64,000 bases of DNA, from IMG/VR virus record IMGVR_UViG_3300034120_003123. One strand, given 5' to 3'. The DNA comes from an uncultured virus (IMG/VR IMGVR_UViG_3300034120_003123) (lineage: Duplodnaviria; Heunggongvirae; Uroviricota; Caudoviricetes). Position 1 is the stretch's first letter; each line of letters opens with the position of its first letter. Shown here piece by piece: positions 19,701-28,350 of the stretch. Under the pieces are notes generated by a model, which was not told where the DNA came from, ran no database searches, and saw only the letters and a program-made list of their open reading frames with translations. Position numbers and translations under genes: made by a program.

Positions 19701-22543
19701 GGGTCTAAATTTAATCCGCCCACCGTCATTAACCCATCAGACAATTCAGACCATTCAAACAACTGATCTACATCATTCCAATAATAAATTCTTGTATAGT
19801 CAGAAGTGTTTCCTCTGTAGGAACAGACTAAAGACATTACGCTAGTATCGGAAGCATCTTTGGTTGCAAACAAACAAATTTGTTTTCCAAAAGCTATGGC
19901 GTTAGCATCTGGATGCTGGATCTTTTGTATAACTTTAAATCCCTTATCATATCTTTTAAATATGTATATTGCACCTCTACCATGCTGGCCGTTTTGCTGT
20001 CCAAGAATTCCTCCATTATTGGCACCCAACAAAGAACCTTCAGTTGGAGCAGAAATTGCTAAATAACTTTCATTTTGCCAAACAAAAGAACTTACATCAT
20101 ATCCAAACATTCCAGAATCAACTTGCATTCTACTTTCAATATTTTGAGATTGAGCAAAGTAAGGATGCGTCAAATACTCTGAATTTTCAAATATATTTAT
20201 TTTTCCACTTAAATTGTTGCTATAAATATCAGTGTTATAACCTAATAATCCTTTAGAAGAAATCAAACTTGTTCTTGTGGTCAAGTTTGCCCATTCATCA
20301 ATTACATTACTAGTATTGTCTAAATAAATTTTTCTTAATTGATTTAAAAACTCATAATCTATGAAATCAACTGTATTAGAGCTAGATGCCGAACTGGTGT
20401 TGTGTATTGGCAAGTCGCTAAGAACCGTAGATACTGTGTAATAAACTGACTTATTAGAAGAAGAACTTAGCCCTTCTGAATAAACAACAATAAGATAACT
20501 GCCAAATGCGTCTATGTCTAATATTGGCTTGGTTTCACTCAAATCCCAAGATGAATATTTTATGAAGCTAGAATCATAGTCAGAACCATCCCATATACTT
20601 ACCCCATTAATATATCCTCTTGCATACAACTTTGATGCTCCAGAGCTGGAGGATAAATAGACGGCAAAAAAACTATCTCCACATACTAATTTTTTAACAC
20701 TATATCCATTAGATATATCATCATTTATAAATTCTTGCAAATCATCAGCATCATCCTGGCTTGGAATTTCACTTCCAGATCTGTTGACAAATATTTTTAC
20801 TTGACTACTTGATGTAATCCCAACTATAAAATCTATTCCACAAGACATATATGAGTATTGTGTATTATTTGATCTTTCAATATCAATTGCGTTTTTTAAA
20901 TCACTATCTACAGAATTGTATGATAGAAGATATGGAAGCTTAGTGTCAAGTTCTATAATACATATTTTTTCTATGCCAGAATATATGCTAGATGCTTTTA
21001 ACAATGTGCCATCATCACCTATGATATTGTCATCTTCTGGAAAATTAATATTAGAATTTTTATTTTTACGTATACTGATATTCAGATCTGAATCTATAAT
21101 TGATAAAAATTCATTTTTCTTATCTCTATCACAACCCCAACTCATAGAAAATATTTCACCCGTTAGACTTGAAGAGTTTAAATCTTCATATTCGCTAGAA
21201 GTACCAGTGTTAGAGCCACCAAAGTATAGCATATCAGCTGGATATTTTTTCCAACCACCAGGGATAAGCCCGTATACGCCTTCTGTGCTCTCAATTCCAT
21301 TAACAACATTTGAAGTAACAGGCGTTGAGTCTTTTGCTCCGCCACTACATAAAGCCCACAAATAGCCACGAGTGTCCCATGATATAGACTGTATAGATAC
21401 AGGTAAGTCAAAATTGTTATCATATGCATGATAAGTGCATAGATTGCCATCACTGTGAGACAAATCACTTTTATTAAAAATTGGATCTTTATGCAAAGCC
21501 ATTGCGTATGGCTTATTTTCACGGAAAGATATATAACCAGCATGCTGCCAATTTATTTCATTCCATGATTTTTCTCCATTTAAAACATCTTCAACATCAG
21601 CATACACTAGTTCTGATGCTATGTAATTTTTTCTTACTACTTGACCAGAACCTAAGAAAAAATTACCTTCATAAATAGCGTTATTGCTAATATTAACATC
21701 AGCAGTTTGTCTTACGGCCCATATTCTTCTTCTATCATTATGTATGGACGGCTGACTCCTAAGCGTAAGCCCAGAAGAGCAAGATTCTAAAGTACTTGAA
21801 CTACTACTTGACGAACTAGACTCTTCAGAAGAACTAGAACTAGACTCTTCAGAAGAACTAGAAGAACTCTCTGACACATCTATATTGCAACATCCTATTT
21901 TGGTTACTTCTTCTTGATATTTAATATTTATGAAAAAACTATTTGGAACACCATCTTCGTCTACAAAAGTTTTTGAAGACATAGCATCAACAAGCTGCTG
22001 ATGAGTTTGATCTCCCTCAGAACTAACTTCATTTGGTATATTAGTTGCATCAAAAAAAGCATTTGGCTCGTTTCTTAGTTGAGCTCCAGTCTCCCCTTCT
22101 TTGTGCGCTCCAAACAAAACATATTTTACTTGAACTCTAGCGCCATCATTATTATCATCTTTGACAAGACTAAGTTGCTCAAGAGTATCAACCACAATTG
22201 GATTGCCAAGAACTGCTTTTAATTCAACAACGGCTAAATCAAACCATACAAAACCAGGAGATGCATTAGGATTGTTTGATCTTATGGTTGTTCTTTTGTC
22301 ATCATCATTTGAGTCTCTAGTGATGCCATTTGCAACAGATATGTCAATAAGCCATTCGTACCCTGTAGAAGCAGAAAACGCTCTTACATTAGGAGATCCA
22401 TTGACTATAATGGGATTATCTACGTTCAATCCCATATCAAGAGTGGATATAGAATCATTCGGCAGAGATTCTGGATTTATAGTCTCAGCATCTCCAGCGT
22501 AAATAGCAAAATGCCAGTATATGATTTTTCTAATTTTTATCAT
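10700..22543 (-). CDS. Giant 3947-aa Ser/Asn-rich protein with FG-GAP-like and RCC1-like propeller segments; putative virion/tail protein
   Basis: Uninterrupted ORF; FGYDVS...LAISAP...GAIYIF, FGYDIDAD...ISSP and RFGHKI...ISAPG repeats; SCGIDF and VCGDSF RCC1-like motifs. Confidence 0.65.
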   Translation of the reverse strand: MIKIRKIIYWHFAIYAGDAETINPESLPNDSISTLDMGLNVDNPIIVNGSPNVRAFSASTGYEWLIDISVANGITRDSNDDDKRTTIRSNNPNASPGFVWFDLAVVELKAVLGNPIVVDTLEQLSLVKDDNNDGARVQVKYVLFGAHKEGETGAQLRNEPNAFFDATNIPNEVSSEGDQTHQQLVDAMSSKTFVDEDGVPNSFFINIKYQEEVTKIGCCNIDVSESSSSSSEESSSSSSEESSSSSSSSSTLESCSSGLTLRSQPSIHNDRRRIWAVRQTADVNISNNAIYEGNFFLGSGQVVRKNYIASELVYADVEDVLNGEKSWNEINWQHAGYISFRENKPYAMALHKDPIFNKSDLSHSDGNLCTYHAYDNNFDLPVSIQSISWDTRGYLWALCSGGAKDSTPVTSNVVNGIESTEGVYGLIPGGWKKYPADMLYFGGSNTGTSSEYEDLNSSSLTGEIFSMSWGCDRDKKNEFLSIIDSDLNISIRKNKNSNINFPEDDNIIGDDGTLLKASSIYSGIEKICIIELDTKLPYLLSYNSVDSDLKNAIDIERSNNTQYSYMSCGIDFIVGITSSSQVKIFVNRSGSEIPSQDDADDLQEFINDDISNGYSVKKLVCGDSFFAVYLSSSSGASKLYARGYINGVSIWDGSDYDSSFIKYSSWDLSETKPILDIDAFGSYLIVVYSEGLSSSSNKSVYYTVSTVLSDLPIHNTSSASSSNTVDFIDYEFLNQLRKIYLDNTSNVIDEWANLTTRTSLISSKGLLGYNTDIYSNNLSGKINIFENSEYLTHPYFAQSQNIESRMQVDSGMFGYDVSSFVWQNESYLAISAPTEGSLLGANNGGILGQQNGQHGRGAIYIFKRYDKGFKVIQKIQHPDANAIAFGKQICLFATKDASDTSVMSLVCSYRGNTSDYTRIYYWNDVDQLFEWSELSDGLMTVGGLNLDPSTTDVSIFEIKRISDISISISCFTNNNKTGYAQFINTSNNITLINQCSGSYVKLSSFNNLSFGARFGLSCVYEPTVGGVTVAVGYPTFNSAYLSSSIISFIDSVEEDSLEIKPPDNALIQQGNGAVMLFYLNGALTSFESDVNGPLYKIIEGSNFNPNVSTKPYFGYDIDADYKHIVISSPYDTGYSAVGESSNIQEGGSVRVFEFNQPSALGERDVFDASQSIINLNSLSQFNVPQQVYQLGGGAYSLQWQKKKFGKFVKLISNKILISACDDDLVIGPSAQSGSYGNVFMLDKNKSGTWSFTGCYYDAHKGDRFGHKIEVLSSSPSNDQNDFIAFISAPGNMTSAKALNGFSQNAVVGNTDYRYGAGIVKSVVVSGSKALGILPSRIPSVLVNQDDNVSAEYFIKSSALGLKHVAHDISSSVANSRYVWKYYPARLLEKSAIKTSINENSIPSFKLGKFIKDPVFAEAEDFASTYSDIGAFTLSNTASNVSDISIANLSLYDKENLNIRVMEMHPRPYRTVDASMSSPDQEDSAAANLPQQIRSDYFDFATPTFNELNDNVYLYAPIISPQSDRWRGSIDNTNSFAIAPVRANRWIVPISKISNDNYSIFIDGIAVWNPTSASVEYNISGGYYFNSSPFIRSSTSPHTDVTGNPLIKPYNGTINSGFWWSTRNYISPGCVQLVDSSTEGHMVVWPNFNLPQGTSSANTNWGASITSFSGTENFYLGKLSIKPGALSSDKTGVDACKIDKGYFWGLKLADGSYNVFINAYNTSTSVTGHRLHQTSKYLTWSGCTVAEDRNTNSTEYSSVYTGYMPSYESYDFNLGHILSYPPINFRCSTGNTRPYNQTLGGASTIDAIKLAPNGSTHALYLNAVGWNNTLMNVGVKDIIIHGHYNYHGFQKSNNTGDTNQISTIADRRSQIVTFVSGYGSKIYSINGNNNGPSYFAPSIKFTCILDQRLSSYKSWKNNFGGLADWNTSGNPYSAWGKVAKNPSHFANSFTNNPSWVTNSYPNSFNARVAPTDTMYMVDLFWDYDPDSNTPSPSQIRAAIFSSNFEGNFTDVYDNMLLPKKTERGLAQSDFNLFPIRAYPLNRNQLTHLSCTVCPQVLHIGEAVFFTGARDPQNDSATAYDDSRSAYFSASQNLSSSTCSNALRVEYNTSYINIVSCKTFTDGIGLVVGSNTNESGVHLSSFIGSSGLGSSWCSSSSSSYINNFSYKYKTILYPSITSIDHFRPSAAGFSYWDNTGTSTNTSLATVGALYNGGGPSLLQWYSHFASVFTPNGVSGPESNGTIGEYAPTYYTLQGSYNLPYLYNASNGNSISFWSRYRYNNTNAQTLLDKFPATLNGLVGNYFATNPVYPKLGKHSSFKYPYKTNMLTGRGRNVQVSVLGAELRSISRDEIVYQNEFIYRKLSYHRQNSSGTVNESGAEFSPVHSIDTVGSVNASASNLGSYVNNQNTNGDTWSNDATNIVSLNISNRLSPEDNSNLSKSHIREEYQTDIATNTVNGDQISKQYRRFSLFDRVSPKDFFNNPETLVCLPTFGMPDLLDFAVTVNSFTHIFGLVNTFSDMPSGDYPDSGNVGAVGFTGNLTTNDKNNLGYNVDAGKQSAFWKAIKNGLAHVIDVNSSVISTSQGQRILTVTILASLNGNTWSANSPSKHSFGWKNNISTQNIFGGGLICAVITAKLDINGEVSSVKSTFANSEATLSGSIKRSTVGTGPQVLPETSWCRMGIWLQPLLGTRKISKDNSPHYWPGNFPWSASSDIKYLGVNPGDQATSSTNYFHTSPGMIKVPINRSYMIKLGKHIMLKYNSGSGSEKYFAVIGPCVYRIENDELDKGPLWWANQNKSSCFKMPQYVWDSRPIVFQKFGLSFTDMSTINSANALFAFSAYSGEAQRMVQSFFRNDSYTQDFGANLVSEFAAYGTLNGGGGSQFPPNEQWFDYNSETEGFRIPVGVGAVNNSVAILGEGVGFNVSEGSKIHAFVFWRNAFYKIEPSASATSKKPKITQIPIIATYQDADGNPDSIATQLESAYSLHRLNGFFNGNDRFVITGNSGNDSSGAFTYVFKFKSNGQQDADFFTGPGMVYESKINDMAVTGINDLCNQSFKYQVWMSNDASIIAIGNHRWDAQADEVSPNGEPLPALFYIDLYKKQVTGSSVSYTKLLEQGLSPSSTSNGAPVDVFCSAIWGVANGSNNSLYDIYVCSGIDPDTDYLDYLDSNTANYNASNFERRLGRVTVFTASIPSGNGAVKRTIELSDIVPPTDPTFSENNKSFANLNFWTMTPVSAKNGSCGLMFYNNTLVASSLGHLMKMSPSNSQGSGWNLDSIVGGSPVPNVSVKRVLTPYSQYGYVGNTNNTNNITYADNSDISVMSTVSVPTVNASASPGFNKLASKIAFIELSIDNNPYRKIFSISNYTSLVVGNADVSQVGVFDVNEDMSSSICYPAYSALSAKRFGYTSGQPNPETQIYNPSIKSWIYAYDLSSSLGDGELQYSGYEYTSDNEAHILVKPPVPDIEKKQFYFGGNEFLPLDGNNVYRDYHNQIDQIKGTLMQMDWNDVSGILWWGTNDIYVMRSYKYDQHYSPSTSDILLENYAANKTYYKSLSLGIQSVNKNAMVKFSMPNNSNQLVANPACGDNDYIGTSGCGLTGPKVITVSAVTNYGTFDLMHQNFTSIIPLLRSREKLGLQRCVVVLNDFTDHMNEQIYRDSGFGFNNVIPFYNYSASKFSNPYRDYALDMFIDDSMSLLYSKSALQINQGGFSMPNISIPRCEGNIVFARKSVYGLYNTKWNYLIKDFAGCFDPNHGCIYNGDRMLLIKLSYIYEDSVSASHPEAEWYFAPVLTTISNADVPDYKPSMGACVCSGEMRNASRKVSKWKMNGSSGGNDKNLLDIITVGIGDTSPAPIRNKINTSSSENSSVKDLVLCGKISSNFINYALNKTGSANISELMTKIKNSLYDVIEGQKFMDPAGCIHIVDTDSSDQMDNVKEEFMRKFMNTFNGFYHIIRGA
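21813..21860. repeat. Two 24-bp tandem units encoding an EESSSSSS linker
   Basis: GAACTAGACTCTTCAGAAGAACTA x2. Confidence 0.9.
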
Positions 22544-25500
22544 AATAAACGTCTATCTTCATTATATAAGAATCTTATCGAAAATTTTTGCAATAAATTA
22601 GGCTGTGTTTGCCCAGTTGGAATTACAAATTTTATTCCAAATATCATTCTATCCTGCCAAAAATCTGTGGCAGATGGCTTCCAGTCTTTAAATACGAATC
22701 CTATGCTTGCTACGACTTTTTCTGTAGCAGAGCTCATGCCAAATTCATCAACTAAAGGAAATCTAGTTTTTGGCTGCACAAGCATAAATCTACTAAGACT
22801 ATTTATTCCTCGTGCTATTTCACCACTATTAATAGTGTAATCTAAATAATTTTGTGGATTTGTGTATAAAATTGTCTTATTTATCCTATCTATACCAGGG
22901 ACAAAGCTGCAGTCAAACTCCCAAGGTCTTTCTTGGTTCACGGCAGTTGGGGTGCTTAGCTTGCCAATTGTGTCAATATCTGGAGTAAATATATCTCTTA
23001 CTTGAGTTTCAGCAGTGTCAGCTTTTATAAGAAGTAAAGCGTTGCCGTTATCTAGCATGGGTATTTTATTAATGTTAAGCATAAAATAGCTTACAATTTC
23101 AATCTTCTGCAGACCATCTTCCTCAATATTCCTTGCCACTGAATCGCAATTGATATACTCTATAAAATTCACTTCTATTGAATCCTGTATAACAAAAGCG
23201 GATGGTGGCTGAAGGGGAGATCCAAGATTCCAGAAAAAATCACAGAAATTGTAATCAAAAACACATCCAACGTTATTAAATATCCTTATGTTGCAAGTGC
23301 CAGAAGATTCGGTGATATTAGCCTGAAAGTATACGGGGATATCTACATAGCATCCGTCTTGACTTGCTCCACCAGCCGCCCTACGTCTATTAACCAAATA
23401 CGTTTTTACTGCTGGGTCTATTCTGAGGACCCACACTTGCTGATATCCAGGAACAGGGATAAGAGTAATGCTATTTCTTATTGGCTCTGGTATCATCGAT
23501 TTGTCAAACCCGGTAATGTCATTATCAACATCACTAATAATTGGGTTGCCTATACCAGCAACAAATCTATCATCTGTGTCTATGACTGTGCGAGAATAAC
23601 CCCTTCCATTAAAGGTAAATTCTCCAGCATCAGAAGTTTCCAAAATACCCTCAGGAGCTATAAGGATGTCCCAAAAACCATAATTATCTAAAACCAAACC
23701 AAAAGTCTTGCCATCTTTGGATACTTTCATATCATAATTTGGATTATTTTTATTTATTGCCAAAAATCCAAAGTTGTTTATCTCTGATGGAGCATCTATA
23801 ATTTTTACAGAAGTTGAAAGACCAGTGCTAGACATATTTATGCTAACGTAACTTACTGTTGATTTAAGTGGGATTTTTAACATCACTGGAAATACTAAAT
23901 AACTCTCTGAATCTCCCTCAGAATTTATAAATTCAACATTTTCTACAGTATCTCCAGGAGCGAATTCTCCAACTACATATGCTGGATCAACTGGAGAATT
24001 GTAGTTAACAGTAGCAGTTATCATAGATGCAAAATCATTAGAAGCAGAATTATTAGGACCGTATCTTCCATCACTATATGCAACTCTTACAATCACTAAC
24101 GCAAAGTCTGCGTCAACAGTTCTAAACTGAACATCTCCAATACCAGTTTGCTGATAATTTGCAAAATATGTATTTGGAGCCGGATTTGTTCTAATTATCC
24201 CATTTGCTATATATCCACCGTAGGAAACCTCAAGCGCAATCATGTTTGAAGGAAGCATCATTAATTTTTGAGTATAGTTATTTTTACTATAATTGTCTTG
24301 ATTGTCTTGAGAAATCAATTCACTTGATTCTATAAACCTATTTTCATCATCAAAAGAACTAGATAATACTGGCGATGAAATATTCTCCATATCCGAAACG
24401 CCTATTACATTTCTTGGTCTTCCACCAAATACTTGTTCATTTTTTGCAGAACTATAATTGGTAGACTTAGAAACAAAAGACACGTTCAAGACATCTGGCT
24501 GATCATGCTGTGAGTCATACGTGTCATAATATATACCAATAGTTTCATTACTTGACTCTGAAACTCTCACTCTTTCAAATGTGACTGCATTAATTTCAGA
24601 TTGTAAAATAGACGGATTAACTTTAGGCAATCTAGAAAGAGATTCTGCAACAAATCTTTTACTCTCTGTAGGATATTCGTATGGGCTTGTATATGCGTCC
24701 GAATATTGTTGAGTATAAGGATCAAAAGAATAATTTCCAACAAGCGATTCAGTAGCGGAGGCCTCTGATGTACCAATAACATTGACATTAGACTCAAACA
24801 AACTTGAATATGGGTTTTCTTCCAAAGATTCTATATATGGATTTGGTTCTATATTTTCAGAAACAATATCTAGCTGACTGGATTCAATAAATGGATATAC
24901 TTTCTTGAATATGTAATTTGCTTCTACTATTTTTGCAGGTTCTTTTTCAACAAGCCTACGAGTAGAATATGCTTTTGGATTTTGAACTAGGGATTTAGCT
25001 ACAATCCCGAATTCCAGTAATCTGCTATTTACGTCATCGACTAAATCATCTATTGAATTATATTTTGGGTTATTTAAATAAAACTTATAAGACCTAGGAT
25101 ACTTATTGTTTTGTATCATGTCTATTTGCAAATTGAATCCAGACTGCATCCTTGGAATAACCGTATTTTTGTACACCATCAATAAACCCGTTTTTGCTAC
25201 TTCCTGAGGAGGTGTGTAAGGGTTGACATATGGCTCGTAGTAATATGGCTCGTGGTAATATGGCTCGTGGTAATATGGCTCGTAGTAATATGGACTATTA
25301 GAGCTATAGGGATTTGACCACATTTCAAAAGTGCCAATATTTTCAGAATACAAACCACTATTCAGTTCCATACCTTGAACAGGACTATATGGATTTGAAG
25401 CATACGGATAATAATAAGGCTCTTCAGAAATTATCTCTACTACTGGTCTTTTTCCGCCAATATTAGTTATTGCAGTATTAAATACGAAATCCTCATAAGG

Positions 25501-28350
25501 CATAACATCAGTTGCCCTGATAACTGGCTTTGCCTCTATCTCTAAAAGTCCATCAAAAGTACCTGTGTGCGCATCAATAAATGACTGTAGAGTATTGCCA
25601 ATAAATTTACTTGTACCTAAATTGTCTGCATAAGCTATTTCTTTAGTAGAAACATCGTAATTTAAATAAGAAAATACTTCTTTATCACCGCTTCCAGTTA
25701 GAGAAATGATTCCATTTGAATTTTGATCTCTCTTATAAGAGTAAAAACTAAAACTTAAAGTTTTTCCAACAGACCAACCTCTATCTTTTGCCCAATCAAG
25801 CATTTCTCTTCTTAAGAAAGCGCATACAATTTTAGACTTTTCAGGTGCATTATTTATCCAATTCATGCATGGCGCAATTTGAACCCTTCTTTTTGGAGTT
25901 TCTTGTTCCGAGCCACCTTCATAGCACAAAAGAGCATTATTGTCAAATATAAATGGATCTAAAGACAAAGAATAATATGATGCTTCTTTATTAGCTGCAG
26001 TATTATCTATGTTAAAATGGCAACCAAGACCAGATGTGGTGTAGAGAGAAGAAAATATACCCCCATTATATAAATTCTTACTGTCCTCACCATAAATATT
26101 TATGCCATACCTCTTTGGATTAGGGACATACTCGTAAGAACGGTGAGACATCGTTCCTGGAAACATCTTATTATGCTTGTAATGGAGTGATATGAAATTT
26201 GATCCACCAGAAAAATCAGATAACTTTTTTACAAGATTCTCCGAAAGCACAGAACTAGGTTCTCCAAAACCTAAATGCGAAATCATATAAGCTGGAGTAG
26301 TTTCAAAAAAACCGTTTTGATCTTTGTAAGTTTTTCCCAAAAAGTCAAATGCTACACCTATCTGTGATGCTCCAACAAGTTTTCTTAACTTGCCAAAATG
26401 AGCAGACTTTGTAGCAGGTCCTCCAACCTGCATATTCTCTGATTCATAAATAGGTAAATTTAAAATTGCATTAAAATAGTTGTCGCCAAACGCCATAACT
26501 TCAATGCTTTTCTTTATAGTATTATATTTATAAAATCTATTATAGCCCTTGCCGCCATCTTCTATGGGTTTAAAGTCATCATCTGCAACATGTTCTTGAA
26601 ATGATTTTATTTCACCACGTACAAATGCGGTAGTGAACGCTCTGCACAAAGGAGCTAGTCCAACATAGTTTTCTAAATCCACAGTATGCGCAAGACCTCT
26701 AGTGTAAATAGAGCCAGACCTTGAACCTTTTGATAAAACAATACTCTCGGCTTCTTCGGAAGAGGCAGTCAAATAAGAATTATCCTTATTACCATTCCAT
26801 AGTCTTGCCGCTGGCATCATGGCGCAACCCATAAAATCTCTACCTTCTAAAAATTCAATAATTGGCTCATTTGGATTGGCAGAAAAAATACCAATTTCAG
26901 AAAAAGTAGGAATAAATCCATTTTGAGTGCCATCAGAAGTGCCATTTGTTGACAATATATTGACATTGCCAGACAAATTCTTTTTCAACGCATCTAATAC
27001 ATCCATTATTGTTAAACCATAAGTTGGTTCGTTTAGTGGATCTGTAGATTGTGTATCTGAATAAAATACTTTAGATTTACCAAATGAAAAATTAGCGTTC
27101 TTATATGCATCAGTTATATCTAAATTTAATTTACCATAATAAAACTTATTGCCCATATTCGAATAAACAACAGTTTTACTATTTAAAGATATTTTATTTA
27201 ATGATCTTTCGCTGATTGAAAAATAAAATTCTACATTATTAATAGCAGAAGACTTTATTTTAATATCAATAGGTTTTGCTAAGGAATCACTTGGTTTGAC
27301 AAACTTTGGACAAAAATAAAAGTGATATGGAGCTTTCCCGTTTGTTCCACTTTCCTTTTCTGCATATTCTCTTCTAAAATGTAGAATTGGGATATCATCG
27401 TAATGGCCAACAGAATTAAATATATCTCTTACGTGAACAAGAGGATGGTTTCTTCCTCCACCTCCAGATGAAGATTTAAGCCCACGAGTAATCACTTGGT
27501 CATAAAATGCTATGCCATTTGCGTCAAAGTATTGCTTGTGAACTATAGAGCTGTCAAGTTGTGGGCTACTTTTCTTGTAAAATAATCCATTTTCTAATAC
27601 TGGACTTTCCGCTCTATCCACAATGGATATTAATGGGAATCCAGCTGGCACAGAAACTGTAGCCTTATTTTTTATAATAACATTTTTTAGATTAACTTCA
27701 TCATCAAATACAAATTCACCGGAACCAACATACAAAACATTATATCTTTCACATCCAAAATAATTATCTTGTAAATTAAAATTAACAAGTCTGTTTTGAG
27801 AAAACCTTTTAAATTCGTCAATAACCAAAGCATCATCTTTATTGCCTTTTTTATCAATTCTGACGTTTAATCCATCAAACATTTTTTCAGCAACTTTAGT
27901 AGGAGCAATTTCAATAATTGGCTTTTGCTTTATAATTTTACCTCTTGTAATGCCCCCAGAAGTAAAATTCAATTTTAAATTAAATTTAAAAAAACCATTA
28001 TTGAAGATAGATCCAGTATTAATTTCTACAATGTTTTTACTTCTGTTATAAGATATATGACCTTTGATTTGTAATGCGTTTTTTGGAGCATTGTTATACG
28101 GAATAATTACATCAAATGGATTTTCTTCGTTTAACAAATACAATACATTTTCTTTTGTTGAATTATTCTCATACGCATATTTTGAATTTGTCAGAGACTT
28201 AATGTCTAATACAACTTTTTCACAGCTTGAAAAAGAAGTTCCTATTTCAATCACATCTCCATTTTTTAATAATTTTTGACTATAAAGTTTAGCCTTGTTC
28301 TGGCTAATGCCTATTGCTACAGTATCGTATGCGTTATATGATTTATTCAT
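22540..28350 (-). CDS. Large 1936-aa hypothetical protein with a Pro-Tyr-rich central region; putative structural protein
   Basis: Uninterrupted ORF overlapping both neighbours; no catalytic motif recognised. Confidence 0.6.
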   Translation of the reverse strand: MNKSYNAYDTVAIGISQNKAKLYSQKLLKNGDVIEIGTSFSSCEKVVLDIKSLTNSKYAYENNSTKENVLYLLNEENPFDVIIPYNNAPKNALQIKGHISYNRSKNIVEINTGSIFNNGFFKFNLKLNFTSGGITRGKIIKQKPIIEIAPTKVAEKMFDGLNVRIDKKGNKDDALVIDEFKRFSQNRLVNFNLQDNYFGCERYNVLYVGSGEFVFDDEVNLKNVIIKNKATVSVPAGFPLISIVDRAESPVLENGLFYKKSSPQLDSSIVHKQYFDANGIAFYDQVITRGLKSSSGGGGRNHPLVHVRDIFNSVGHYDDIPILHFRREYAEKESGTNGKAPYHFYFCPKFVKPSDSLAKPIDIKIKSSAINNVEFYFSISERSLNKISLNSKTVVYSNMGNKFYYGKLNLDITDAYKNANFSFGKSKVFYSDTQSTDPLNEPTYGLTIMDVLDALKKNLSGNVNILSTNGTSDGTQNGFIPTFSEIGIFSANPNEPIIEFLEGRDFMGCAMMPAARLWNGNKDNSYLTASSEEAESIVLSKGSRSGSIYTRGLAHTVDLENYVGLAPLCRAFTTAFVRGEIKSFQEHVADDDFKPIEDGGKGYNRFYKYNTIKKSIEVMAFGDNYFNAILNLPIYESENMQVGGPATKSAHFGKLRKLVGASQIGVAFDFLGKTYKDQNGFFETTPAYMISHLGFGEPSSVLSENLVKKLSDFSGGSNFISLHYKHNKMFPGTMSHRSYEYVPNPKRYGINIYGEDSKNLYNGGIFSSLYTTSGLGCHFNIDNTAANKEASYYSLSLDPFIFDNNALLCYEGGSEQETPKRRVQIAPCMNWINNAPEKSKIVCAFLRREMLDWAKDRGWSVGKTLSFSFYSYKRDQNSNGIISLTGSGDKEVFSYLNYDVSTKEIAYADNLGTSKFIGNTLQSFIDAHTGTFDGLLEIEAKPVIRATDVMPYEDFVFNTAITNIGGKRPVVEIISEEPYYYPYASNPYSPVQGMELNSGLYSENIGTFEMWSNPYSSNSPYYYEPYYHEPYYHEPYYYEPYVNPYTPPQEVAKTGLLMVYKNTVIPRMQSGFNLQIDMIQNNKYPRSYKFYLNNPKYNSIDDLVDDVNSRLLEFGIVAKSLVQNPKAYSTRRLVEKEPAKIVEANYIFKKVYPFIESSQLDIVSENIEPNPYIESLEENPYSSLFESNVNVIGTSEASATESLVGNYSFDPYTQQYSDAYTSPYEYPTESKRFVAESLSRLPKVNPSILQSEINAVTFERVRVSESSNETIGIYYDTYDSQHDQPDVLNVSFVSKSTNYSSAKNEQVFGGRPRNVIGVSDMENISSPVLSSSFDDENRFIESSELISQDNQDNYSKNNYTQKLMMLPSNMIALEVSYGGYIANGIIRTNPAPNTYFANYQQTGIGDVQFRTVDADFALVIVRVAYSDGRYGPNNSASNDFASMITATVNYNSPVDPAYVVGEFAPGDTVENVEFINSEGDSESYLVFPVMLKIPLKSTVSYVSINMSSTGLSTSVKIIDAPSEINNFGFLAINKNNPNYDMKVSKDGKTFGLVLDNYGFWDILIAPEGILETSDAGEFTFNGRGYSRTVIDTDDRFVAGIGNPIISDVDNDITGFDKSMIPEPIRNSITLIPVPGYQQVWVLRIDPAVKTYLVNRRRAAGGASQDGCYVDIPVYFQANITESSGTCNIRIFNNVGCVFDYNFCDFFWNLGSPLQPPSAFVIQDSIEVNFIEYINCDSVARNIEEDGLQKIEIVSYFMLNINKIPMLDNGNALLLIKADTAETQVRDIFTPDIDTIGKLSTPTAVNQERPWEFDCSFVPGIDRINKTILYTNPQNYLDYTINSGEIARGINSLSRFMLVQPKTRFPLVDEFGMSSATEKVVASIGFVFKDWKPSATDFWQDRMIFGIKFVIPTGQTQPNLLQKFSIRFLYNEDRRLL
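25231..25290. repeat. Four 15-bp tandem units encoding YY(Y/H)EP
   Basis: TGGCTCGTRGTAATA x4. Confidence 0.95.
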
